DNA of 64,000 bases from Bdellovibrionales bacterium. GTDB lineage: Bacteria; Pseudomonadota; Alphaproteobacteria; Micavibrionales; Micavibrionaceae. Numbering within the stretch: the stretch's first letter is position 1; each line of letters starts with the position of its first letter. Location of the stretch: assembly GCA_045106175.1 (NCBI GenBank), contig JBGCEF010000033.1, forward strand, positions 5,319 through 69,318, in the 5' to 3' direction. Below, one piece after another: positions 56,310 through 64,000 of the stretch. The notes beneath the pieces were generated by a model. The model searched no databases, was not told the DNA's origin, and saw only the letters and a program-made list of their open reading frames with translations. Made by a program: the position numbers and the translations under genes.

Positions 56310-56705
56310 TTGGATAAACCGCCAGGGTCGGCGGTTTACGAATTTGCAGATGTTCCATTAGAGCCTCTACCAGATGGAAGCCATCAGCTTGTAGGCACTT
56401 TGAATGGAGTTCCTATTTATCTTGCGGATCCATGTTTAGATTTTAGTAATATTGATGGTGGTGAAAATTATGTTGCTATTGGACATGTTACCTTATGGGA
56501 AAATGAATATAGCAGCATGACAGGGACCATTGAATTTGAGAGTTTTGATGCGTCCGAATTAGGTGATTTTATAGCACAAAATCATGAGCGTCTGACAGAT
56601 GATAACGCGTTAAGGCAAAGTGAATGTATGGTTGTTTCAAGCGTTGAGATGGACGTCATTTCGCCTTCTTCCCAGTTTCATTTAGATTTAAACCGTACAA
56701 TTTAA
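56310..56705 (+). CDS. Hypothetical protein (non-ATG start, uncertain gene)
   Basis: 131-aa ORF opening with TTG. It is acidic, with no TM helix and no recognisable family. Confidence 0.35.
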   Translation: MDKPPGSAVYEFADVPLEPLPDGSHQLVGTLNGVPIYLADPCLDFSNIDGGENYVAIGHVTLWENEYSSMTGTIEFESFDASELGDFIAQNHERLTDDNALRQSECMVVSSVEMDVISPSSQFHLDLNRTI

Positions 56706-56707
56706 AC

Positions 56708-59700
56708 TTAACCGCCTGCTAAGCTTCTTAATCTTTGTTCTGCGATGATCAGCATGGGCAGGTCGACGGTTCCGGCGCGGCGGAGTTCGTTGAACAAGTT
56801 TTCTAATCTTTGTGTTTGCTGTTGGTGTTTTTCGACCCATAGCTTTGCAGCGTTTTCACCAGCTTTTAACTTGCTGTTTGTGTCTTTTAGGATGCGTACA
56901 GTTAATAATGCCTGACAGCTATAGAGTTGATCCACTAGGCCTGAGGTTGCTTCGGCTTGCCAATGGTCATCGGATGGAAGATAGCGGGCTTGTTGGCGAA
57001 GCCAATCCATGTGGAAGTTATCGCCGATTTCAAAGTATGCGCGCGCAGTGTCCAAAAGATCAGTTTTCTGTTCCAACGAGATGCGGATGATGTCGCATGC
57101 GGATGATAAAACAGGCATGAGTGCAATTTGTTTTGCTAATGTTTTAGGTAGGCCGTCATGTTCGCCTGCGGCTTGGCGTTGTTTGATGATCTCTTTAAGT
57201 GATGGTGTGATAACTTTTTCAAGGTTTTTCCTTAGTGTGGCAATGCCATCGCCAAATCCCGTGATATCTTTTCCTATATTCAAATCACGACCCAAACGGG
57301 TTAGGAACCAGCTGATTGCATGTTCTGAGAGTTCTACGATTTCTTTCATTGCCTTGAGTTGAACTTCGGCGGGGACACTGTTGTCTATGGCCTCGATTGC
57401 ATCCCAGCTATCGCGGAGATTATACGCATCACGCACGATAATGTACGCTTTTGCGATTTCTGCAGGGGTGGCGCCAGTCTTGTTCATTTTACGCTTTAGG
57501 AATGTTGGTCCCAAACGGTTAATGAGCGAGTTTGCCATGGTCGTTGCGATGATTTCGCGGGCCAAGCGGTGGCGTTTTATTTCTTTGGCGAATTTCTTTT
57601 GCAAGATATCCGGGAAATAATCAAAGAGCCAATTTTCCATTTCCTTTGTATCGGGAATGTTGCTGGCTAAAAGATCTTGAGTGAAATTGATTTTTGCGTA
57701 AGAGATTAAAATCGCTAATTCTGGGCGAGTTAAGCCTTTGCCTGTACGCATACGCAATTCTATGGTTTCTTCGTCCGGAAGGCCTTCGATAGAGCGTTTG
57801 AGGCCTTTTTCACGTTCCAAATCTTTGATGAAGTCTTCTTGGAGTTGGAGATTTTCGCGGGCTTGTAATTCTGCCAGTGAAAGCGCTTGTGCTTGTTGGT
57901 AATTATTGCGAAGCACATGTGCTGCGATTTCATCGGTCATGGTTTCCAGCAACTTGTTGCGGGATTTTAGATCCATTTTATGTGAGGTTTGACCCATGAC
58001 ATCACTGAGTAGGATTTTGATATTTACTTCATGGTCGGATGAATCGACACCGCCGGAATTATCGATGAAATCGGTGTTGATTTTGCCGCCTTTTTCGTCG
58101 AATTCAATGCGTCCTAATTGTGTGACGCCAAGGTTTGCGCCTTCGCCGATAACTTTTGCGCGTACTTCGGGGGCGTCAACACGCAGCGCGTCAGTTGATT
58201 TGTCGCCTGCGTCTGCGTGTGATTCTTTGGTTGATTTGATATATGTTCCAATACCGCCAAACCAGAGTAAATCTGTTCTTGCTTTTAGTATGGCTCGGAT
58301 GAGTTCGTTCGGTGTGACCTTGTCTTTTTCGATATCGAGGCGTTTTTTAATTTCGGGTGTAAGCTCAAGGATTTTTTCATCGCGTTCAAAAATGCGTCCG
58401 CCTTTTGATAGGAGCTTTGTGTTGTATTCGCCCCATCCCTTTACAGCTTTAAACAGGCGTTTTCTTTCTTTGAAAGATGTTTGTGAGTCGGGTTCGGGGT
58501 CGATGAAAATGTGGATGTGGTTAAAAGCCGCGATCAGATTAATTTCTTCGGATAGCAGCATGCCGTTGCCGAATACATCGCCCCCCATGTCACCACAGCC
58601 CATTACATCGAAGGGTTGTGTTTGTGTGTTGTGGTTAAGCTGGCGGAAGTGAAGTTTGACCGATTCCCATGCGCCGCGGGCTGTGATGCCCATGACTTTA
58701 TGATCATAGCCAGCGGAGCCGCCGGATGCGAAGGCATCATCGAGCCAGAAGCCGTATTCTTGGCTAATTCCATTAGCAATATCAGAGAAAGTTGCAGTTC
58801 CCTTATCGGCGGCAACAACCAAATATGGGTCATCGCCATCGCGGCGGACAACATTCTTTGGTGGGATAACTTTTTCCCCTTGGAGATTGTCAGTGATATC
58901 CAATAGGCCACTGATGAAGGTTTTGTAACATTTGATACCTTCTTCTTGGAATTCGGCGCGGGTTTTGGTGGGTGTTTTGACGACAAATCCACCTTTTGAT
59001 CCCATTGGGATAATGACGGAGTTTTTGACCATTTGCGCTTTCATGAGGCCGAGGACTTCGGTGCGGAAGTCTTCGTGACGGTCAGACCATCGTAATCCGC
59101 CGCGAGCAATTTTATCGCCGCGCAGATGAATGGCTTCGACCCTAGGGGAATAGACAAAAATTTCGCGATATGGCTTTGGCTCAGGTAATTCAGGGACTTT
59201 TTTACTGTCTAGTTTGATTGATAAATAAGGTTTCGCGCTGCCGTCATCTTGTCGTTGATAATAGTTTGTTCGTAATGTGGCTTCGACCATGGCGGTGAAG
59301 ATGCGCAGGACTCTGTCTTCGTCTAATGATTCGACGGATTCGAGTTCGTAGTCGATAGCAACTGCGCAGCCTGCAGCGTTACTTTCGCCGTCTTTGGCGT
59401 TTTCTGGGTCATGAAAGCTTTTGAACAGGTCGACAATTAGGCGGCTGATTTTCGGATTGTTGTTAATAGCTTTGATGATATAAGCGCGGCTGAATGGGTA
59501 GCCGATTTGTTTGAGATAGCGAACATAGGTGCGCAAGATTGTGATTTCGTGCCAATTCATGTTAGCGGATAAGACGAGCTTATTCAGGCCGTCATTTTCC
59601 ATGTGTTTATCCCAGATTTTAGCAAAGGCTTTTTCAAAGTTTTCTTTTACTTTTGGGATATCCACGAAACCTTCGATAGAGGGGGTTTCCAATAAGAAAT

Positions 59701-61507
59701 CATGGATCCAGACACTTTGGTCTGTATCTTCAGGGGTGATTTCGAATGGGAGTTCGGCGATTGCGCGTAAGCCTAGATTTTCCAAAATTGGCATAACATC
59801 GGAGAGTGTAACGGGTTTATCCGGGTTATATATTTTTAGGCGTAGGCGTTTGAGGTCTAAATCTTCTGGGCGATATAGGTCCAGTTGAAGAGCATTGTTG
59901 TTTAAGACTGTTTCGATTTTTTCAATGTCGAATACGGCTTGTTTAGCGCGATATTTTGTACGATATCCAATGGGGAAGGCTTCACCATATTTCATGGTAT
60001 ATTTTGTGATCGGTTTTTCGTCTTCTAATGTCTCAACAAGCGCAGATGATAAAAGTTCGGGCCATGTTTGTGAGGCCTCTTGCAGTTTTTGTTCTATTTT
60101 TGCTGCGCTGTAGCTTGGTTTGCGTTTTTGGCTGACTTTAATAGTGATCATGATGCGTGCGAACACGGAGTCATCCATGGAGGTGTAAAAGTTTTCACAG
60201 ACTCCGTTGAGTTCAGCTTCTAGAATTTTACAAATTGTTTTACGCAGTGCGGTGCCGAATCGGTCACGGGGGATATAGACCAAGCATGAGATGTAGCGAC
60301 CGAACGGGTCGTGGCGCATAAAGAGTGCAACGCGTTGGCGTTCCTGAAGATTTAAGATGTTCGTCGAGATTTTGAATAATTCTTTGGCGGAAATTTGGAA
60401 GAGCTCGTCTCTTGGGTATTTTTCTAAAATATGGCGAAGCGCCTTTCGATCGTGTGACCCTGGTTTAAGAGCGCTAATTTCCATGACTTCTTCGACTTTT
60501 TCTCTTAAGTAAGGCACATCGCTGACGCTGCGTGAGTAGGTCACGGATGTGAATAGGCCGAGGAAGAGTTTTTCGCCGATGACCGTTCCATCTTTATCGT
60601 AAACTTTGATAGCGATGGCATCCATGGGAACGCGGCGATGGACGGTTGAAAGACGGTTTGTTTTTGAGATAGAAAGTGGTGGCAGGTTGCGGCGCATTTC
60701 CTGAAGGTTTCTTGGAAGGCCTTCGTCGCTCTCGCTTATGTAAGCGGGGCTGATGTCGTCATGCAGAAGGCCAAGGCTTGAGTCTTTTACATTTTGACTT
60801 GTTAGGACACCTTTACGTTCCACAAATTTATATTCTCGATATCCAAGTAGTGTGAAGTTATTGTCGTAAAGATAATCCAAGAAAGCGCAGTATTGGCGGA
60901 TTTCTTTTAAAGGTCTGCGTGTTCTTGCGGATTCTAAATCGCGTCTGGACTGTTTGAGTTGAGCCAGCATATTACGCCAGTGAACGTTGCATGTATGGAC
61001 GTCTTTAAGGGCGTGTTGTAGGCCTGTTGTCAGATTTTGTATGTCGTCCTTTGATAGGGCGTCTTTGATATGAATATGAATGTGAGATTGGCTTATGCAG
61101 ACTTCATCATTATCACCGACAACCTGGTTAAGATTACCTTTTTTGTCGTAACATGCACGTACAACAGGGTGGACCAATAGTTCGATGAGGTAATTATGTT
61201 TGTTGATTTCGGCCACAACGGAGTCAACCAAAAACGCCATATCGTCGCTTACGATGTCGACGATTGTTTTCATGGGGCCAAGCGTGTCTGTTTTGGGCGT
61301 GTAGATGTTGATGTTGGCTTGTCCGGGGATGCGCTTTGTTGCGAGGGACAGGTGAGATGCTGACATTTCCTTTATAAGGCTGTTATCGAATTGATCCCAG
61401 TCTTCGCCTTGGATAACTGCGGCTAATTGCTGCAATATATCTTTTTGGTTTTTATTGGCGTTTTTAGGAAGGGCGTTGAGTGCGTTCTTGTTATTAGTTT
61501 TCGTCAT
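56708..61507 (-). CDS. NAD-specific glutamate dehydrogenase, large (about 180 kDa) class
   Basis: 1599 aa. The central catalytic region has GGLRWSDR, VIIPMGSKGGFV, VVAADKGTATFSD and GITARGAWESV, typical of the Bac_GDH large-form enzymes. Confidence 0.93.
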   Translation of the reverse strand: MTKTNNKNALNALPKNANKNQKDILQQLAAVIQGEDWDQFDNSLIKEMSASHLSLATKRIPGQANINIYTPKTDTLGPMKTIVDIVSDDMAFLVDSVVAEINKHNYLIELLVHPVVRACYDKKGNLNQVVGDNDEVCISQSHIHIHIKDALSKDDIQNLTTGLQHALKDVHTCNVHWRNMLAQLKQSRRDLESARTRRPLKEIRQYCAFLDYLYDNNFTLLGYREYKFVERKGVLTSQNVKDSSLGLLHDDISPAYISESDEGLPRNLQEMRRNLPPLSISKTNRLSTVHRRVPMDAIAIKVYDKDGTVIGEKLFLGLFTSVTYSRSVSDVPYLREKVEEVMEISALKPGSHDRKALRHILEKYPRDELFQISAKELFKISTNILNLQERQRVALFMRHDPFGRYISCLVYIPRDRFGTALRKTICKILEAELNGVCENFYTSMDDSVFARIMITIKVSQKRKPSYSAAKIEQKLQEASQTWPELLSSALVETLEDEKPITKYTMKYGEAFPIGYRTKYRAKQAVFDIEKIETVLNNNALQLDLYRPEDLDLKRLRLKIYNPDKPVTLSDVMPILENLGLRAIAELPFEITPEDTDQSVWIHDFLLETPSIEGFVDIPKVKENFEKAFAKIWDKHMENDGLNKLVLSANMNWHEITILRTYVRYLKQIGYPFSRAYIIKAINNNPKISRLIVDLFKSFHDPENAKDGESNAAGCAVAIDYELESVESLDEDRVLRIFTAMVEATLRTNYYQRQDDGSAKPYLSIKLDSKKVPELPEPKPYREIFVYSPRVEAIHLRGDKIARGGLRWSDRHEDFRTEVLGLMKAQMVKNSVIIPMGSKGGFVVKTPTKTRAEFQEEGIKCYKTFISGLLDITDNLQGEKVIPPKNVVRRDGDDPYLVVAADKGTATFSDIANGISQEYGFWLDDAFASGGSAGYDHKVMGITARGAWESVKLHFRQLNHNTQTQPFDVMGCGDMGGDVFGNGMLLSEEINLIAAFNHIHIFIDPEPDSQTSFKERKRLFKAVKGWGEYNTKLLSKGGRIFERDEKILELTPEIKKRLDIEKDKVTPNELIRAILKARTDLLWFGGIGTYIKSTKESHADAGDKSTDALRVDAPEVRAKVIGEGANLGVTQLGRIEFDEKGGKINTDFIDNSGGVDSSDHEVNIKILLSDVMGQTSHKMDLKSRNKLLETMTDEIAAHVLRNNYQQAQALSLAELQARENLQLQEDFIKDLEREKGLKRSIEGLPDEETIELRMRTGKGLTRPELAILISYAKINFTQDLLASNIPDTKEMENWLFDYFPDILQKKFAKEIKRHRLAREIIATTMANSLINRLGPTFLKRKMNKTGATPAEIAKAYIIVRDAYNLRDSWDAIEAIDNSVPAEVQLKAMKEIVELSEHAISWFLTRLGRDLNIGKDITGFGDGIATLRKNLEKVITPSLKEIIKQRQAAGEHDGLPKTLAKQIALMPVLSSACDIIRISLEQKTDLLDTARAYFEIGDNFHMDWLRQQARYLPSDDHWQAEATSGLVDQLYSCQALLTVRILKDTNSKLKAGENAAKLWVEKHQQQTQRLENLFNELRRAGTVDLPMLIIAEQRLRSLAGG

Positions 61508-61594
61508 AAAATGATTCTTAATTTTTATTTTCGTGACATGCGTGTAAATTGATTGAGTATCAAAATCAACATTGGAAAGATATTACCGCTTATT

Positions 61595-62284
61595 ATGTGT
61601 GGACGCTATGCTTTTTATCTGCCTCCTGTGAAATTACAATCGTTTTTTGGGTTGGAGAACCTGATTAACATGCCTGCGCGCTATAATTGTGCGCCGTGCC
61701 AAGAGATGCCGATTGTTATTCGTAATCGTATGGGATTTGGGCGTTGGGGTTTTCGTCCCGAATGGTCAAAACAAGATGATTTGGGGCAAGCTTCCAAAAT
61801 GATTAATGCCCGTAGTGAGAGCGTTGCTGATAAACCAGCTTTTCGGGATTCCTGGGCGCGTGGGCGGCGGTGTATTATTCCTGCTAATGGTTTTTTTGAA
61901 TGGCAAAAAAGTGAAGATAAAAAGAGCAAGCAGCCTTACTATATTCAGCATCAATCAGATGAGATTTTATGCATGGCAGGTTTGTGGTCAAAGGTTGATG
62001 ATTGTGTGAGCTATACCGTTCTGACAAAGCCAGCGGATGGAGATATTGCACAATATCACCATCGTATGCCGGTTATGCTTGCACGTGATGATATTTCTGA
62101 TTGGTTTCAAGCGGATTTGAATGGCGCGCGCGAGATGATTGCGTTAGCCACAGGACAGTTTTGTCGAGCGCATAAAGTTGCGCGCGATGTGGGCAAAGTT
62201 GCGAATGATCATGAGGGCCTTATTGCGGCGATTACGAATTCGCATATTGAAGAACAAGATAGCCAATCCATGTTGGCATTATAA
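61595..62284 (+). CDS. yedK: SOS-response-associated peptidase (SRAP/YedK, abasic-site processing protein)
   Basis: MCGRYAF N-terminus (catalytic Cys2 requires this start, not the upstream track start), NARSE block, and IPANGFFEW. Confidence 0.88.
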   Translation: MCGRYAFYLPPVKLQSFFGLENLINMPARYNCAPCQEMPIVIRNRMGFGRWGFRPEWSKQDDLGQASKMINARSESVADKPAFRDSWARGRRCIIPANGFFEWQKSEDKKSKQPYYIQHQSDEILCMAGLWSKVDDCVSYTVLTKPADGDIAQYHHRMPVMLARDDISDWFQADLNGAREMIALATGQFCRAHKVARDVGKVANDHEGLIAAITNSHIEEQDSQSMLAL

Positions 62285-62552
62285 CCCATGTCATCAATGT
62301 GCTAATAATAGGAGCGTATTTTTTCTTTAGGATGATTGACCCTAAAAGGATTGCAGCATAAACAGCCATGACAGTTGAGAATTCGTTCATGACCTTACTG
62401 ATTGTTTCGGACCCGTCTTCTTTCGGGTAGATGGCCGCGATCAAAAAGATCCCTATTGCTGCGCCTATGCTATAGGCAGCGTTGCGTGCGATTTTTCGAA
62501 TCTTTTTATTTAATTTTTCTTCAGGATCATCCCAAGGTTTGTTGCCCAGCAT
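62232..62552 (-). CDS. Small membrane protein, hypothetical
   Basis: 106 aa with about three TM helices. It lies last in the ccsA-tlpA minus-strand operon, and its 3' end overlaps the yedK 3' end. Confidence 0.5.
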   Translation of the reverse strand: MLGNKPWDDPEEKLNKKIRKIARNAAYSIGAAIGIFLIAAIYPKEDGSETISKVMNEFSTVMAVYAAILLGSIILKKKYAPIISTLMTWVIMPTWIGYLVLQYANS

Positions 62553-62562
62553 TTTTATCCGT

Positions 62563-63156
62563 TTAAGTTTTTTGTTTGAGTTTATCGATAATGGCTTGAA
62601 GATCGTTCAAAGTCCAATTTGCACCTATTAATTTGTGCTGTAATTTTTGTTGCTGGTCAATAATAAGTGTTTCGGGAAGTTTGAATGTGCTGAATTTTCC
62701 CGCGGTTATGGCTTGGTCTATGTCGAGGGCGATGTGAATGTTAGGGCCATTGAATGAAAGGGTGTCAAAATTTTCGTTTTGCTGCGCTTTTTTGATGAAG
62801 CGGTTAATGGCGCTTTCTTCTAAATCCGAAGATAGGGCAATCAAGATGATATCTTCGGGGTTGTTGTTTGCGGCTTTCAGTAGGTTTGGAAATTCTTTGA
62901 TACAGGGTGCACACCAAGATGCCCAGAAGTTCAGGATGATGATTTTATCTTTAAAATCCGCGCTGTTTTTTGTTGTTTTATTGATATCAGTAAATGTGAA
63001 TGCAGGGATTGCTTCTTTGTTTTTTATTTCTTTTTTGATGGCCTCTTTGTTGGGAATTTCATTGATGGTTTTTACGACATTATTATTTGTTAACAACAGC
63101 GTTAAGCCAAATGTTGAAACTCCGACGATCAGTAATAAGATGATGTTAAGTTTCAT
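62563..63156 (-). CDS. Periplasmic thiol:disulfide oxidoreductase, TlpA/ResA-like
   Basis: N-terminal TM anchor and FWASWCAPCIKEFP (CXXC thioredoxin motif). The start overlaps the ccsA stop (TAATG). Confidence 0.85.
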   Translation of the reverse strand: MKLNIILLLIVGVSTFGLTLLLTNNNVVKTINEIPNKEAIKKEIKNKEAIPAFTFTDINKTTKNSADFKDKIIILNFWASWCAPCIKEFPNLLKAANNNPEDIILIALSSDLEESAINRFIKKAQQNENFDTLSFNGPNIHIALDIDQAITAGKFSTFKLPETLIIDQQQKLQHKLIGANWTLNDLQAIIDKLKQKT

Positions 63157-64000
63157 TAGGACGGTATCTCTTGTTTTTTATGTTTTATGCGTATCGTAGC
63201 CCAGAGGCCGAGGATGATGATTATTTCGATGCTGCAAAATAGGATAAGACCGTTTGCTATGCCACTGGTGAAGCCATAAGAGTGGAGGCCTACGCCCAGC
63301 AGATTAACCCCAAACCATGCGATGGCGACTACGATGTTGAGCGCGGCAATACCGGCGGCGTAAGCGAGCGGTCTGATGTGGCCGGAAAGGCGGCCATGTT
63401 GAATCCAGATGATCCAGAGCACGATCAAAAGCGCGCCGTTTTCTTTTGGGTCCCATCCCCAAAAACGCCCCCATGATTGGTCAGCCCAGATACCGCCTAA
63501 AACTGTTCCCACGGATGTAAGCAGTAATGCAACAAGGCCTGTTTTATGAATGGATTGAAATAATCCTTCGAGGAGGAGGTGTTGTGGGTTTTTTAAGCGC
63601 AGTAAAAGATAAGCGTGCGCCAAGCATGCGGCGATGATGCAGACGCCGTATCCGGCTGTGATGCATAAGACATGCGTGGCAAGCCAGAAATTTGTATTGA
63701 GAACAGCCACAAGTAATTCAAGGCTGTCGTTATTTTGTAGCATTGATGGCGCAACGGCAAGCAAGCCAAGTGCCGCAATTTGACCAGTTAGTGCGAAGAT
63801 TGATTTGTTGGTTTTGATAAAAGCAATCAGTGCAATAATAGCGCAGATTAAACTGACGAATAAGACGGATTCATATAATGTGCCGACAGGTGGGCGATCA
63901 AGAATGTAGATACGCGCAGCGATTGCGGAGATGTGGCATAAGGTTGCTGATGACAGTATTAATGTTGTAGCCCAATTAAGGGGTTTTGATGGTTTGAACA
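63156..64000 (-). CDS. ccsA: Cytochrome c biogenesis protein CcsA/ResC-like (System II heme handling); partial, 5' end beyond the window
   Basis: Trp-rich motif GGIWADQSWGRFWGWDPKENGALL with flanking conserved His residues. My manual reverse translation shows the frame stays open upstream of the track's TTG (63764) to the window end. Confidence 0.75.
   Translation of the reverse strand, partial: FKPSKPLNWATTLILSSATLCHISAIAARIYILDRPPVGTLYESVLFVSLICAIIALIAFIKTNKSIFALTGQIAALGLLAVAPSMLQNNDSLELLVAVLNTNFWLATHVLCITAGYGVCIIAACLAHAYLLLRLKNPQHLLLEGLFQSIHKTGLVALLLTSVGTVLGGIWADQSWGRFWGWDPKENGALLIVLWIIWIQHGRLSGHIRPLAYAAGIAALNIVVAIAWFGVNLLGVGLHSYGFTSGIANGLILFCSIEIIIILGLWATIRIKHKKQEIPS

Overview
This window is a gene-dense chromosomal segment, moderately AT-rich by eye. 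I found no rRNA, tRNA, CRISPR array, transposase or integrase. The gene content looks alphaproteobacterial: a ctaC-ctaD-ctaB-ctaG-ctaE-DUF983-surf1 cytochrome oxidase cluster, an IalB-family protein, the large 1599-aa NAD-glutamate dehydrogenase, lptFG, and mlaA/mlaC. Most genes are housekeeping: pepA, ettA, tag, xseA, putA, purD, tadA, rsmD, rsmE, uppP, ubiA, acetoacetyl-CoA synthetase, a PAS histidine kinase and an M23 peptidase.

The stand-out feature is an 8.5-kb minus-strand operon at 5946-14416. It encodes three tandem paralogous polytopic membrane proteins of 900-970 aa. Their conserved blocks resemble, from memory, the DotA/TraY family of type IVB secretion and conjugation systems, yet no other secretion gene lies in the window.

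Secondary points of interest:
- a TerD / Na+-Ca2+ exchanger / TerD module next to an acidic-tract protein and a membrane-anchored SNase-like protein
- extra uncharacterised ORFs inserted in the cox cluster, including a 40-aa membrane peptide absent from the ORF track
- a System II-type (CcsA plus TlpA/ResA-like) cytochrome c maturation operon in an otherwise alphaproteobacterial context
- a ScsB-like reductase paired with a periplasmic peroxiredoxin-like protein

All homology calls rest on motif recognition by eye. No alignment or database search was run.
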